This document shows, in pieces, positions 17,360 to 32,800 of a stretch of DNA of 64,000 nucleotides. How positions within the stretch are numbered: the first letter of the stretch is position 1; each line of letters opens with the position of its first letter. The translations under genes were made by a program, and so were the position numbers. The notes under the pieces are model-generated. The model was not told where the DNA came from. It worked only from the letters and a program-made list of their open reading frames with translations, and made no database searches. This DNA is from a virus. The stretch lies in the IMG/VR virus record IMGVR_UViG_3300017917_001271, positions 1 to 64,000 of that record; one strand, written 5' to 3'.

Positions 17360-20300
17360 ATGACGGTCACTGCTAGACAAAATAAACTTTTAATTTCAGA
17401 AGATTGGAAAAAAATCTATCAATCTTTTAAAAACGCCGACTTTCAGAGTTACGATTTTGAGAATCTGCGCAGGACAATGATTGACTATATTCGTCAAAAT
17501 TACCCTGAAGATTATAACGATTACATTGAATCCAGCGAATACCTTGCCCTTATTGACCTTATTGCGTTCTTGGGCCAAAGCATAGCTTTCCGCGTTGATT
17601 TAAATGCCCGCGACAACTTCTTAGAACTAGCAGAACGTCGTGAAAGTGTATTACGTCTAGCTAGACTACTGTCATATAATGCTAAAAGAAACATAGCCGC
17701 TAGTGGTTTATTAAAATTCAGCAGCGTATCAACAACAGAAAATGTAGTAGATAGTAACGGCAGAAACTTATCAGGGCAAATTATCAACTGGAATGATGCT
17801 AGTAATGCCAACTGGTACGATCAGTTTATTAAAGTTTTAAATTCTGCGTTCCCAAAAACACAACAATTCGGCAATCCATCAGACAGTGCCAGCATCTATG
17901 GAATCCCAACTGAACAGTATGTATTCCAAAATAAAACATCGGGCCTACAAGTTTACGGATTTACAAAAACCGTAGCCGGCCGTAGCATGGACTTTGAAGT
18001 TGTCAGTACAACTTTTAAAGGCAGTAGTTATATCTACGAAGAAACTCCTAAACTTGGTAGTGCGTTGAGCTGTGTCTATAAAGATGACGGCAAAGGCGCT
18101 GGTAGTTCAGGCTCAGGATTTTTCTTTAGATTTGTCCAAGGCACACTAAACACTGGGTCATTTTCGGTCACTCAGCCTAGTTCTAATCAATCAATAGATA
18201 TTGATAGTCAAAACATTAACAATGATGATGTATGGCTCTATCAGTTAGACGCAGACGGCAACGAATCTACTTTGTGGACTAGCGTTTCAAACTTCGAAGC
18301 TAACAACATTATCTATAACAGTATTAATAAAAATATCAGAACAATATATTCTGTTATAACACGAACCGACGATGCAATCAGTCTGCAATTTAGTGATGGC
18401 ACATTTGGAGATTTGCCAGTAGGAGCTTTTAAAACTTATTATCGTGTAAGTAACGGCTTAGACTATTCTATTAACACACAGGATATTAGAAATGTTAGTA
18501 TTAGTTTTCCTTACATTTCTGGTGCCGGCCAACAAGAAATACTATCTATTTCTTTGAACCTTGCTTCTAATGTATCTAATGCAGCATCTGCTGAAACTAG
18601 TGATAACATTAAAGCTAATGCTCCTCAAACATACTATACACAAAACAGAATGATTACTGGCGAAGACTACAATATTAGTCCGCTGTCAGCCAGTACACAG
18701 ATTGCAAAAATTAAAGCAATTAATAGAACAAGTTCGGGAATTAGTAGATACTTTGATTTGTCAGATCCTACAGGAAAATACAGCTCAACAATCTTATTTT
18801 CAGACGATGGTATCTTATACAAAGAAAATTTTACAAATGAATATAGATTTTCCTACAGTAATAAAACTGATATTGAAGGTATAATTTATAATGATATTTT
18901 TGATATTTTAAAAAATGTTGATTTAAGAAATTTTTATTACGAGAAATTTTTAAACTATGTTGAAGGACTAGATACTGTTTGGCACAATGTTACCAGCGAC
19001 TCTGGCCTTTCTACTGGTTACCTAAGCTCAGACACAGGAAATGCAATTTATAAAGTTGGTACTTACACATCAACAGATTTAAAATATGTACGTCCAGGAG
19101 CATTGATTAAGTTTACAGCGCCAGCTGGTTGGTACTTTGATACTACTGATAATAATAGTTTAAAATTTGGATCTTCTGCAACTCCAGGAGCAGTTACTTC
19201 TCTTTGGTCAGAAGTAGTAAGTGTGGTTGACGACGGTACAGCTGCAGGCAAAGGCACATTATCAACTGGATTTGGTCCTATTACTTTAAACAGGAATGTT
19301 CCTTCTTTAACAACTAATGCTGGTGTGTACCCAGTGCTTTCTCAGATTATCCCTAGATGGAGAACAGTTATTGATGCAGATTCTATTGCAACAATGATAG
19401 ACTTGATTTATTCAAACAAACCATTTGGACTACGTTATGATGCAGTAACACAACAATGGAAAATTGTATTTGAATTAAACTTAGATACTAAAAATATTTT
19501 TAGTCTAGGCAAACAGGGCGATAAAACTAATCTAAGACAAGATGCCAGCTGGTTACTATTGTTTACCACAGATAACGAATTTTACACAGTTACTTCTAGA
19601 TGTCAACGTTATATTTTTGAAAGTGATAAAAAGACTAGATTCTTTTTTGAAACATCAAACAAAATTTACGACAGTAAACTTAATGAAGTAATTAAAGACG
19701 GAATTAATATTCTAAGCATCAACACGATGCCTGATACTACTGCTGCATATACTTGTGATTTGCCTTGGGATATTGTACAAGAATATACAGGAATTGACGG
19801 GTATGTTGATAATAAAAAACTAATCGTATCTTTTGCAGATACTGACGATAATGGTGTTGTAGATAATCCAGAACTGTTTTTAAATGTTGTTGAACCTCCT
19901 ATCATTGGAGAAACAAGTTCTAGTATATTACAGAAAAAATATATCGTACAAGAAAAATATGCAATAAGTCAGGGTCAAGAAGATTATAGATATTTTAATA
20001 ATTCTTCAAATACAGTCTTAATCAAAGCCAGCAAAACTTATGTTTCTTTCAATGAGAAAGTAACAGGTCAGTACTTTTATTTTATTGATACTGACACTGT
20101 TGTAAAGTACAACGATAAATTAGCTGATCCGTATGTACCTACATTAGACTACAAAGTCTATGTTGGCCGCGACAATTTAAAATTTCAATACATTCATAAT
20201 GCAGATTATGATAGTAGAATAGATCCAGGTGCAAGTAATATTATTGACATCTATTTGTTAACAAAGAGTTATGATATTAAATTTAGACAGTGGTTATCTG

Positions 20301-20863
20301 GAGCAATATCAGCAAAACCATTGCCACCAAGTTCTAACGAATTGTACGATTTGATTTCTACAGATTTAAATTTAATTAAATCAATAAGTGACGAAATAAT
20401 TTATCACCCAGCAAAATATAAAGTTTTGTTTGGTCAAACAGCTACGCCTGACGTACAGGCAAGTTTTAAAGTTATTAAGAATTCAAATAAAGTAATTTCT
20501 GACAACGATATCAAAACACGAATAATTGCTGCAATGGAAGAATTTTTTGCATTAGAAAATTGGGAGTTTGGTGATACATTCTATTTCACCGAGCTTAGTG
20601 CTTATGTTATGATGCAATTAGCTCCAGATATTTCAAGTTTCGTAATTGTTCCAAGACAAAACGGTCTAGGATTTGGAAGTTTATTTGAAATTAAATCTGC
20701 AAGCGATGAGCTATTTGTAAATGGAGCAACAGTGGACGACATTGAAATTATTTCTGGAATAACCAGTTCTGCAATTAAATCTGTAGCAGGTACAACTGTT
20801 CAATCAACAACTTCTGCACAACAAAATATAACAAGTTCTTCTTACGGAGCAAACAATGGCTGA
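17360..20863 (+). CDS. gp6: Baseplate wedge subunit gp6-like
   Basis: DFENLR...ESSEYLALIDLIAF, FLELAERRESVLRLARLLSYN, FSDGTFG, QNRMITGEDY. Confidence 0.85.
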   Translation: MTVTARQNKLLISEDWKKIYQSFKNADFQSYDFENLRRTMIDYIRQNYPEDYNDYIESSEYLALIDLIAFLGQSIAFRVDLNARDNFLELAERRESVLRLARLLSYNAKRNIAASGLLKFSSVSTTENVVDSNGRNLSGQIINWNDASNANWYDQFIKVLNSAFPKTQQFGNPSDSASIYGIPTEQYVFQNKTSGLQVYGFTKTVAGRSMDFEVVSTTFKGSSYIYEETPKLGSALSCVYKDDGKGAGSSGSGFFFRFVQGTLNTGSFSVTQPSSNQSIDIDSQNINNDDVWLYQLDADGNESTLWTSVSNFEANNIIYNSINKNIRTIYSVITRTDDAISLQFSDGTFGDLPVGAFKTYYRVSNGLDYSINTQDIRNVSISFPYISGAGQQEILSISLNLASNVSNAASAETSDNIKANAPQTYYTQNRMITGEDYNISPLSASTQIAKIKAINRTSSGISRYFDLSDPTGKYSSTILFSDDGILYKENFTNEYRFSYSNKTDIEGIIYNDIFDILKNVDLRNFYYEKFLNYVEGLDTVWHNVTSDSGLSTGYLSSDTGNAIYKVGTYTSTDLKYVRPGALIKFTAPAGWYFDTTDNNSLKFGSSATPGAVTSLWSEVVSVVDDGTAAGKGTLSTGFGPITLNRNVPSLTTNAGVYPVLSQIIPRWRTVIDADSIATMIDLIYSNKPFGLRYDAVTQQWKIVFELNLDTKNIFSLGKQGDKTNLRQDASWLLLFTTDNEFYTVTSRCQRYIFESDKKTRFFFETSNKIYDSKLNEVIKDGINILSINTMPDTTAAYTCDLPWDIVQEYTGIDGYVDNKKLIVSFADTDDNGVVDNPELFLNVVEPPIIGETSSSILQKKYIVQEKYAISQGQEDYRYFNNSSNTVLIKASKTYVSFNEKVTGQYFYFIDTDTVVKYNDKLADPYVPTLDYKVYVGRDNLKFQYIHNADYDSRIDPGASNIIDIYLLTKSYDIKFRQWLSGAISAKPLPPSSNELYDLISTDLNLIKSISDEIIYHPAKYKVLFGQTATPDVQASFKVIKNSNKVISDNDIKTRIIAAMEEFFALENWEFGDTFYFTELSAYVMMQLAPDISSFVIVPRQNGLGFGSLFEIKSASDELFVNGATVDDIEIISGITSSAIKSVAGTTVQSTTSAQQNITSSSYGANNG

Positions 20864-23800
20864 TAAGATTAATCCAACAGGCTCAAAAACATCTAGTTCT
20901 TCTCTACTGCCAAGATATTACAGAACTGATGCTAATAAAAAGTTTTTACAGGCAACTGTTGATCAACTGATACAACCTGGTACTGTTAAAAAAATTAACG
21001 GCTATGTTGGAAGACAAAATAGTAAATCTACTACTAGTAAAGACATTTTTATTCAAGCAACTGATAGTACTAGACAGCACTACCAGCTTGAGCCTGGACT
21101 AATAGTCAAAGACGAACTTGAAAATACTACGTTTTTCAAAGACTATCAAGATTACATTAACCAAATTAAAGTGTTTGGCGGAAATGTAAAAAGCCACCCA
21201 AGGCTCAACGAACAAGAATTTTATTCTTGGGACCCGCATATTGAGTGGGATAAGTTTGTCAATTTCCAACAGTACTATTGGCTACCATACGGCCCAGATA
21301 CAGTATGGATTATGGGCAATCAGCAAGAAGTTGTCAGCACCTACAAAATTGAAGTAAAACCAGAAGCAGATAATAACACCTACGTCTTTTTTCCAAACGG
21401 CTTAACAGAAAATCCAAGTATTAAACTGTACAGAGGGCAGACTTATCGTTTTGAAATCAACAGTCCAGGTAACCCGTTTAGTATTAAAACTCAAAGAGTC
21501 GATGGTGTTACATATAGATACGACGACCCAGGTGTTATAGGATCAGCAGTTGAAACTGGTGTTATTGAATTTGCTGTTCCACAAAATGCTCCAGACCTTC
21601 TTTACTATGTAAGTGAAAATGATGTTAATCTTGGCGGAGTATTTCAAGTACTTTCAATTAATGAGAATACCTCATTAAATTTAGATGAAGACCTTATAGG
21701 CAAGAAAACTTATAAGCTGCCTAACGGTATTGAACTTAGCAACGGAATGAAGGTTGGCTTTGTAGGAAATATTATTCCAGAGAAATATAAGTCTGGACAG
21801 TACTATGTTGAAGGCGTGGGCGAGTCGATTGTCTTAATAGAAGAAAGTTCTTTAGAAATTGTTGGTCCTTATACTACTAGCGAGTCTGTGCTGTTTGATG
21901 CATCTCCTTTTGATTCATTACCATTTGGTGATGCAACATCTTTAGCAGGTAAAAAAGATTATATTGTTATTAGCAGAAAGAGTAAAGACAAAAATGCCTG
22001 GAGTAGATATAATCGCTGGTTCCATAAATCTGTAATTGAAACTAGTGCGCTAGCCAACGGAAAAATTGCCAGCATCGATCAAACTGCAAGAGCAGTAAGA
22101 CCTATTATTGAGTTTGAGCCAAACTTAAAACTATTCAACTTTGGAACTAAATCAATTGCCGACGTAGATTTAATTGACACATATACAACTGATGTGTTTT
22201 CAAAAATTGAAGGACAGTTAGGATACAACATCGACGGTATCGATGTTGCACAAGGCCAGCGAATTTTATTCTCAGCTGATACTGATATAAGAGTAAAGAA
22301 TAAAATTTATCGAGTTGACTTTTTACTTTTAGACGGTGTAAGACAGATACATTTAGTTGAAGAAACAATACCATCCGCATTAGATACTGTTCTGGTAAAA
22401 CAAGGATTAAAAAATCAAGGTTCGTGGTATTGGTTTGACGGCAATGAGTGGTTTAAATCTCAACAAAAGACTTCTACAAATCAGCCACCATTGTTTGATA
22501 TTTTTGATGATAACGGAAATAGCTTTGGCAATAAAGACATATACGACGGTTCTACTTTTGCCGGAACTAAAATTTTTAGTTACAAAACTGGTAACGGACA
22601 AGCAGATTCAGTTTTAGAATTTCCTCTTTCTTATAAAAATATTGACAACGTTGGGGACATTGTTTTCAACTTTAACATTGCCTCAGACACATTTCAGTAT
22701 AAGGATGTATCTCTTATTGTTACTGAAACAACAAACGTTGGTTATCTGTTAAAAACTTTAGAAAACGGCAGTACCGAGTATATCAATGGCTGGCAAAAGT
22801 CTGAGAGTTTAAATAACCAAGCTGCTGTTAGAATTTACAAAGATACTAATAAAGTTAATAATTTTGATATTGACATTTTTGATAACATTAACGATTTAGA
22901 AGATCTAGAAGTTCGTGTTTATGTTAACGGAATTAGAAAAGAAAAAGAATTCTGGTCAGTAGCTAGTGGTCCTGTTTACAAGCGTGTGGTTCTAAACGAA
23001 GACATCGAGTTAACAGACATTCTTACTATTAAAGCATTTTCTAAGCAACCTGTAAACGCCAACGGTTTCTACGAAATACCTGTTGGTCTTCAAAATAATC
23101 CGCTAAACGATGTCATTTCAGATTTTACATTAGGTGAAATTTCATCTCATGTTAACTCAATAATTGATAACATTCAAGGCACATTCTCAGGACAGTTTCC
23201 TGGACTTAGCAATTTAAGAGATCTAGGAAACATTACAAAGTTTGGAACTCGTTTTGTTCAGCACAGCGGTCCAATTAGTCTTGCATTGTATCATCTAACA
23301 TCTCAAACTAACAACATTGTTAGAGCTATCGAAAGTGTACAATCTGACTATAACAAGTTCAAAAGAAATTTTATTAACATAGCCGAGACACTAGGAACCG
23401 ATACTGATCCAGCTACCCATGTCAATTTAATTTTACAAGAAATTAATAAAGATAAGCCAATTAGCTTTCCTTACTATTTCAGCGACATGGCTCCATATAC
23501 TGGCAGTATTCGTAGCGATCTAACAGTTATTGACAGTAGAATTAAAACTTATCCACTCTCAACTGCTTTTAATTTAGATGAGCTATCTAATAAAGCTGTA
23601 CTAGTATATTTGCAAGGTGAGCAATTACTCTACGGAAAAGACTACACATTTGATAGTCAAGGGTTTGTAGTTATTTCTGCACCGTTAGCAGAAGATGATA
23701 GTGTAACAATATATGAATTTGAAAATACTAACGGATGTTTTATACCAGCCACGCCAACTAAATTAGGTATTTGGCCAAAATATGAACCAAAGAAATATCT

Positions 23801-26800
23801 CGATACAAGTTTAGTTACACCACGAGAAGTTATACAAGGACACGATGGTAGCATTATTCTTGCATACGGTGACTACAGAGATGATTTAATTCTTGAATTA
23901 GAAAAAAGAATTTACAATAATATCAAGGTAAAGTACGATCCTACTATATTTGACCTAAGCGACTTTTTACCTGTTTACAATCGTTCAACACCGTATTCCC
24001 TTAAGGAATTCAATGAAGTACTATCGTCAAATTTCTATTCTTGGTCTAACTTAATAGATAGAGATTTTACAAAGCCATTGAGCTACAACAGCTTAGATAC
24101 TCGAACATATAATTACAGAGAAATGGCAACGCCTGACGGTAGAACACCTCTTCCAGGATACTGGAAAGGAATTCATCGTTGGATGTTAGACACAGAAAGG
24201 CCTAATATCTGTCCTTGGGAAATGCTAGGATTTAGCGAAGAACCAGCATGGTGGCAAGAAGTTTATGGCCCTGCTCCATATACCAAAGATAACCTAGTAT
24301 TATGGGAAGACTTATCAAACGGTATTATCAGAGAACCAGGAAAGCCGCCTGTTCAAAATAAAAAATATATCAGAGAATATTTAAAAGATCACATTCCGGT
24401 TAACGAATTTGGAGAAATCTTAAGTCCTATCACATCTGGGCTTGCATCTGGTGTTATTACAAATTCAACAGCAGGGGACTTTGTATTTGGTGACGTGAGT
24501 CCGGTTGAAAGTGCTTGGAGACGTAGTAGTTATTATCCGTTTGCAATATTAATTTCTCTGTTACTAACACAACCTGCAAAGTCTTTTGGACTATTGTTAG
24601 ATCGTTCTCGTATTATTCGTAATAAAGCAGGCCAACTAGTCTACAAAGATACTAAGGTAAGAATTAAGCCTTCTGACATAGTGTTACCAAGTATCTATTC
24701 AAGCTCAACTAGTTTCAAGACTAGCGGAATAATAAACTATATTGTTGACTATATTCAAAGCGACAACTTAAAATCTTATAAGCAGTATCAATATGATTTA
24801 GATAATCTGCAAGTAAGGATCTCACATCGAATTGGCGGATTTACTAGTAAAGAAAAATTTAAATTACTTCTTGACAGCAAAACACCGTTGACCAGTGGTA
24901 GTGTTTTTGTTCCGTCAGAGGATTACGAAATTATCCTTAATACATCAAGTCCTATTAAGAAAATTAACTATAGCGGCGTAGTTGTTACTAAGTTAGAAGA
25001 TGGATATAGTATCAAAGGCTACAGTAAGACACAACCATATTTTAAATATTATAATTGGGTCAAGTCTGGAATTTTAATTAATGTAGGCGGTATTTCAGAA
25101 AGTTATACGATCTGGACGCCAGAAAATCAATATGTTGCAGGTAAAGTTGTTTCTTATTCGAATAGATTCTATAGAGTAAAAACTTTACACACAACATCGG
25201 CTTCATTTAATCCAGCATATTATACGCTATTACCGGCGCTTCCAATAATTGGGGGACGCGATGCCTATATTAGAAAAGAATGGGATAGAGAGGAAGAAGT
25301 AGTATTACCGTACGGAACAAAATTAAGAACAATTCAAGAAGTTGTTGACTTCTTATTAGGGTATGGCGAATACTTAAAAGATCAAGGATTCATATTTGAC
25401 AACTTCAACCCAGAGTTGGGTGCCATCACCAATTGGGAAACCAGTGCAAAAGAGTTTATGTTCTGGACTACACAGAACTGGAGTACCGGCGAAGACAAGT
25501 GGACTGAATGGCAAGAAAATCAACCAATTGTACTGGGACAAATCGTTCGATATAACGGTGATTATTATAGGGCTGTTAACAATCTAGATCCGGAATCAAT
25601 CTTTAACTATGACGACTATGTCAAACTAGATGGGTTAAGCTCGGTTGGCAGTAGTGTTATTAGTCTAAGCCCAGCATCTACTAATTTAACTTTCTCAGCA
25701 CCCGTATCTGTAGTTGACGATATTCGAAATCAGTTTTACAAATACGAAATTTTTAAAGTTGACGGTACGCCAATACAGCCACAGTTCTTAAACAACTACA
25801 GAGAAGAAAATGCTGTTAGCTACACACCTGCTGAAGACGGAATTTACGGTGCAACTTTCTATCTTGTTCAAAAAGAACAAGTTGTTATATTAAAGAACAC
25901 TACCCTCTTTAATGATACAATCTATAGTCCTACTAGTGGTTATAGACAAGAAAGAATTAAAGTGTCTGGTTACATCAGTAGTGAGTGGAAAGGTGACTTT
26001 AATGTTCCAGGATTTATTTTTGACCAAGCAGTAATTCAAGACTGGCAGTCATGGCAAGATTATGCTCTTGGGGATATTGTAAAATATAAACAGTTCTATT
26101 ACACAGCTAAAAAATCCATTGACGGTACTGAAACATTTATCAGTGAAAACTGGATGAAGTTAGACAGTAAGCCAGAGCCTAGATTGTTGCCAAACTGGTC
26201 TTATAAAGCGTCACAATTCCAAGATTTTTACAGTCTTGATAGCGATAATTTTGACGCCGATCAACAGGCAATCGCACAGCATTTAGTTGGTTATCAAAAG
26301 AGACAGTACCTTAGCAACATTATTAAAGATGATGTAAGTGAATTCAAGTTTTATCAAGGTATGATTGTTGAAAAAGGAACACAGAATGTTCTTAACAAAC
26401 TATTTGATGTACTCAGCGCCGAAGGTCAGGAAAGTGTAACATTCTATGAAGAGTGGGCAATTAGAGCTGGACAGTACGGTGCAAGCAACAGTTTTGAAAA
26501 CATTGAGTTTGTTGTTAACGAAGATTTGTTTAAGAATAATCCACAAGGATTTGAACTGGTACCCCAAGTTAATACAACCACTGTTGACTTCATTATTAGA
26601 CAAACACCTAACGATGTTTACGTAAAACCAATCGGATATAATTCTAACCCATGGCCAGTTCTTACAAATAATAAAAATTATTTACGAACACCTGGGTATG
26701 TTAGATCCAGTGACGTAAAGTTGGTGTTAAAAACAATCAGTGATATTGTCAAAGAATCAATAACAGATTTTGAAGACGGTGATTATGTTTGGGTTGGATT

Positions 26801-29800
26801 TGAAGGTCGTGAATGGAATGTGTATAGATATACACAACTTTCAATGGATGTTTCAAACATTGAATATTCTCTAGGAAAAGTCACTGTTACTTTAACTGAC
26901 GCTGTGACAAAAGATATTGGAGAATACTTAGGTATTGATCAAACTTTAAGCTATAACGGTTTTTATAAAATTTTATCTATAACAGGTAAAGTCGTGGTCT
27001 TAGAATCAACCAAAGAACAACAACCAAAGCCGTTTACAGAACAGAGTAAAGTAGTTTTATCTTATCTTAAGTCTAGCAGAGTACCGTCAATCGATAATAT
27101 TGACCAAGCAGTTGTATTCCCAGTCAGCGATGCAGAATTAGTTTGGACTGATAATGCAGGCGATGATAAATGGGCAGTATGGCAACATTCTAATATCTAC
27201 TCAAAGACAGAAATTACAAATACTGCTCCTCAAGAAGGTCTATACTATGGTAGACAAACTCTAGTAAACAAAGAAGGTAACCTATTGTTGATTACCACAA
27301 ACTTAGGCGAAACAATCGTCTTAGATAAGACTGGATCAAACACACCTTGGTTACAAAGACAAACAATAACTGCTCCTTTTATATCAAAAGATAATAATTT
27401 TGGATATTCGGCTACGCCTGATAGTGTTACTGGTGATGTTATTGCAATATCAAAAGACAGTAGATGGCTAGCGTTAGGAACACCTCTTGCATCTGAAGTA
27501 TCTAGTAGATTTAAAGGATCATGGAGCCCATCGACTAATTATGCAGTCGATGATATTGTTTTACGAAACTTCAAGCATTACGTTTCATTAGTAGCAGATA
27601 CAAATAAAGATCCGGAAGCTTCAACTAGAACATACAACAACTTAACAGGAACAGTCACGTACGGCGCAGGTGTAGGTGCAACATTTAATGTTTTTGTTTC
27701 AGACGCAACTTATAGCGTAACAGTATCTAACCCAGGAACTGCATTTGCAGTTGGCGATACTGTAAGAATATTTGGAACAGACCTCGGCGGCGCAGCTCCT
27801 GCAAACAACTTAGTAATTAAAGTTCTTTCTATTGTTGGCGGCGCATCATCTGGACCAATTGCTCGAATCTCAGTTATTGGAGTTGCTAGAGATTTCTGGG
27901 CAGAAGTTCCTTTTATTCCAGTTGATAGCACAGGAACTAACTCTACTTTACAAAGACAAGGCGTTGTTTCTGTTTACGAAAAAGACTCTAATAATATCTT
28001 TAGTTTAGTTGCAACTATAATGAGTCCATGGCCTGCAAGCGAAGAAACATTTGGTTCAAGCCTTGCGTTCGGAGAACGTGCCCTTTTTGTTGGAGCATCT
28101 GGTTATAATAACCACCAAGGTTTTGTTTACAAATTAGTTTATAAAACTATTACTGAAGTCAGTACAACATACAATCCAATTGGCAGTTCTGGCACTAAGT
28201 TAGTTTTAACAAGTACTGCCGGAATTCGAGCAGGTATGTACCTAAAAGGTGCAGGGTTTACCAGCGGACAGTATGTTAGTTCAATTAATCAAGCAGATAA
28301 TTCTATTATAATCAGTGCAGAGCCCGATTCTGAACCAAGCGGTGTGATTGAATTTACAACAACTAGTTGGAGATATGACAGAGATAACTACATTACCCCG
28401 CAGACTGGAGCAAATAGCAAATTTGGTTCAGTTCTATCAATCAGCGATGACAGCAGTACATTACTAGTTTCTGCACCTGACGCATCGCCTGCTGGTAAAG
28501 TATTTGTTTATAAATCTGCAGATAAAGAACAGTATAGTTTGTTACATCCTGTAACTGGCACTGACAACAGTTTTGGTTTAAGCACTACTGTATCTTCTGA
28601 CGGATCTTATGTTGCAATGTCTTCAATTTATAAAGACGTTAGTAAGATTGACCAAGGTGAAGTTCAAATTTACAAATTAGGCGCTACAGCATATTCCTTA
28701 TATCAGACCCTAACAGGCATTAGACCAGAGATTGCAGAATTCTTTGGATTCAAAATATCGTTTATGAACGACTATCAAACTCTTGTTGTGTTCAGCAAAG
28801 GCGCTGACAACATTGTTAAAACAACGTTTGATGCTGCTTCTACAACGTTCGACAATAATTTAACTAAGGTCTATGACATCTTAGAAAATAATGGTAGAGT
28901 AGATGTCTATGATAGATATTCTTCACACTGGGTGTATAGTGAAAGTTTAGAAAATGACAGCACAGACGTTGATGGGTACGGTGCTGGTCTAGCAGTGGGA
29001 TCTAATCAGATTATTATTGGTGCTCCTAACAAATCCGATCAAGGATTCAAGTCAGGAAAAGTGTATCAATATAGTAAACCACAGAATAAACTAAGTTGGA
29101 ATATTCTTCATAAAGAAATTGATAAAATTGATATCAAAAAAATAAAGAGAGCATTCTTATACAACAAGACAACAAATAAATTAATTACTAATTTAGACAT
29201 CATAGATCCAGTACAAGGACAAATTCCAGGTATAGCTGAAGCTGAGATTCAGTATAAAACTTTTTATGATCCAGCAGTTTATAGTTCTGGAACAAACGAA
29301 GTTAACGTTGACGAGGGTATGGCATGGACAAAACCTTATGTTGGCGCACTATGGTGGGATCTAAGAACAGCTAAATTTATAGATAGTCACGACAGGGATC
29401 TAGTCTATAGAAATAGCACATGGAATACAATTTTCCCTTATGCAAGTATTGACATTTGTGAGTGGGTAGAAACACAATATACCCCAGACCAATGGAACGA
29501 ACTTGCAGATACTGAAGAAGGTATTGTTCTAGGTATAAGCGGCAAGAGCTTGTACGGTAACAATGTTTATGGTTTAGTTAGAAAGTACGATACTGTTTCT
29601 AAATCTTTTAGAAATACATACTACTTCTGGGTTAAAGGCAAAAAAACAATTCCAAACATTCCAACTAGAAAACTTTCAGCAAGTGATGTTGCCGCATTGA
29701 TTGAAAATCCTAGAGGAGTGGACTACAAGTACCTTGCATTAACCAGCACAAATAGTTTTAGTTTAGTAAACGTAAAGCCACTGTTAGAAGACAAAAATGT

Positions 29801-32800
29801 TATTTTAAGTGTAGAATATTGGACATCAAATGAAATAGACAAGAACATACACAGTCAATGGAAAATTATCAATAATAATATTTCAACTAATATACCTAAG
29901 ACAGTTGAACAAAAATGGTTTGATAGTCTGTGTGGAAAAGATAATCAAGGTCGTCTAGTTCCTGATCCTTTATTACCAGATAAACTAAAATATGGTATTG
30001 AGAACAGACCAAGACAGGGCATGTTTATCAACAGATTTGAAGCACTAAAACAATTTATAGAATATGTAAACATTGAATTAGCAAAGAATTTAATTGTTGA
30101 AAATCGAGATATTTCAAAATTAGAATCTTTTGAAGAAGAGCCAAGCACACTTACAGGTTTATATGATTTTGTTTTAGACTCGGATGCAGAGCTAAGATTT
30201 GCTAATATTGGAACTTTCGAGAAGCCTAGTTTCTTACCAATAATTGAAAACGGAAGGATAATCGGTGTTGATATTGTTTCTAAAGGAAGGGGTTATTTTG
30301 TAGCACCATACTTTACAATTTCAGGATCTGGCACAGGCGCAAAAATTAGAGCAAAAATTAATGTTAAAGGTCAGATAGTAGGGTACGATGTTATTTCATC
30401 AGGTGAGGGTTATACTTCTTATGACACTACAATTACTCTAAGAAATTACAGCGTTTTAGTTCACAGCGACAGTGTTGCCAACGGAGCCTGGAGCATTTAT
30501 TCTTACGAACCAACAACACAAGTGTGGAGTAGAGTACAAAGTCAAAGCTACAATGTATCAAATTACTGGACTAAAGTCGACTGGTATGCATCTGGGTACA
30601 ATCAATTCACTGCAATCGATCACTCAGTGATGACCTTCACTGATTTAGCTAACTTGTTTGCTAATATAGGCGAAACCGTAAAAGTCAAGACAACTAGTGC
30701 AGGCACATGGGTATTGTTAGAAAAATATTCTAATGTTGCTTCTTCAGACTGGACACAAACTTATAAAGTTGTTGGAAAAGAAAAAGGTACGATCCAGTTA
30801 TCTACCACTCTTTATAATTTTGAAAACAGCCTGTATGGCTTTGACGGATCTTTATACGACTCTGCAATTTTTGATAATTCAGCTGCGAAAGAACTAATAA
30901 TTATTTTAAATTCTTTAAAGAATGATATTCTAATCGAAGACTTGAAGTCTGTGTATTTGAACTTATTCTTTAATAGCGTAAGATATGCTTACAGCGAACA
31001 AAACTACATTGATTGGATTTTCAAAACTAGTTTTGTTAAAGCTCAACACAATGTTGGAGAATTAAAAGAGAAGGTAACCTACAATAGTGACAATCTTGAA
31101 AATTTTGAAGATTTTGTAAACGAAGTCAAACCTTACAGAACAAAAGTTCGTGAATACGTTAGTTCTTACAATAAAGTAGATACTAATAATCTTGTAACAA
31201 CAGATTTTGATTTACCTTCATACTACGAAAATGATAAAATAAAAACATTATCTACTACTGTAGTTAATGGTGTTATTCAAGCAGACGATAATTCAATTTT
31301 ATCTTATCCTTGGAAATATTGGTATGAAAATGCTGGATATTCGGTTACATCGTTAGTAGTTGTTGATGGCGGCAGTGGTTATAAATCTGAACCGGTAGTA
31401 AGAATAATCAGCAACAGCGGATCAGGTGCTACAGGTCGCGCATTCTATACTAACGGAAAAATAAACAGAATTGTTCTGTTAACAAAAGGATCAGGTTACC
31501 TAAGTGCGCCAACTGTTGTACTAGATGGTGGCTTAATAGACGGCGGCACTCCTGCTAAAGTAGTTGCTATTATTGGAAATGGCGTAGTACGAAGCAATTT
31601 AATTAAACTTAAATTTGATAGACTAAGTCAAAAATATTTGATATCTAAGCTGCAAGAAACTGAAGTTATTGATAACCCAACTCTAGTATCTGGATCAAGA
31701 TTGCAGTTCTCTTTAGCATGGGCACCAGATATTGTTAATACTCCTATTAATAATATAAAAAATGAAAAGTCGACAGTTTTAATTAACAATGTTGAAATTT
31801 TAAAATCTGATTATAGTTTAAGCGTAGTGAAATCAACCGCAAGAGGCTACACTACCTACACTGGCTCAATCACATTTAAGACTCCTCCAGCAGCTGGTTC
31901 AGTCATTGTAATTAACTACACTAAAGACTGGTCGTTGCTCACAGCCGCAGATAGAATTCAATATTATTACGACCCTGCCGTTGGCGAGTTAGGAAAAGAT
32001 CTAGCACAGTTAATGACTGGTGTAGACTACGGCGGCGTAAGTGTACATGGATTAAATTTTGATATTGGACTAGGTTGGGGCAGCGTTCCATACTACACAG
32101 ACAAGTGGGCCAGCTTTGACGAAACATTTGAAGATTATATTGTAACAGTTGCTGCTGACACACATTCGTTTACATTGCCTTATGTACCAGAGGCTGGTAC
32201 AGAGATGAACGTTTACTATGTAGGTAAAAATGTTGATGAATACACTGGTGACGGATTCTCTACAATCTATAATTTTAATATTGATGATGTTTACCCTCCA
32301 ACTGTAACAGTGACCGTTACAAAAGATTTTGCTGGAACAAACCTAGCAGGTTCGGATATTATTAATCTTACATCAACCGCAGGCATTAAAGTTGGAGATG
32401 TTCTAACAATGAACCCTGTAGTTGATAAGACACTGGCTTATAACACAGTTGTTACCCAAATATTAAATGGAACACAGGTAAAAATAGATCAAATCTTGTT
32501 TAAACCTATTACAGCTGGAACAGACGCTATCTTTACAAGAACGCTAGTCGATCCATTAGATTGTACTATTAATCCAAACGGAACAGTATTCTTAAAAGAA
32601 GCTATCCCAGTTGGTGCTAAAATTTCAATGACTGCATACACCAGCCCTATTAGATTAGATGACCCTAATTATACAGTAACTGGAGTGGCAAGAGTACAAC
32701 TCAATACTTTACAAAATGAATACAATGTACTTGTCACGAACTCGTATGCGTTAGAAAATTCAAAAGCAACTATTGAAGCAAACCTCGAAACAGCTAACAA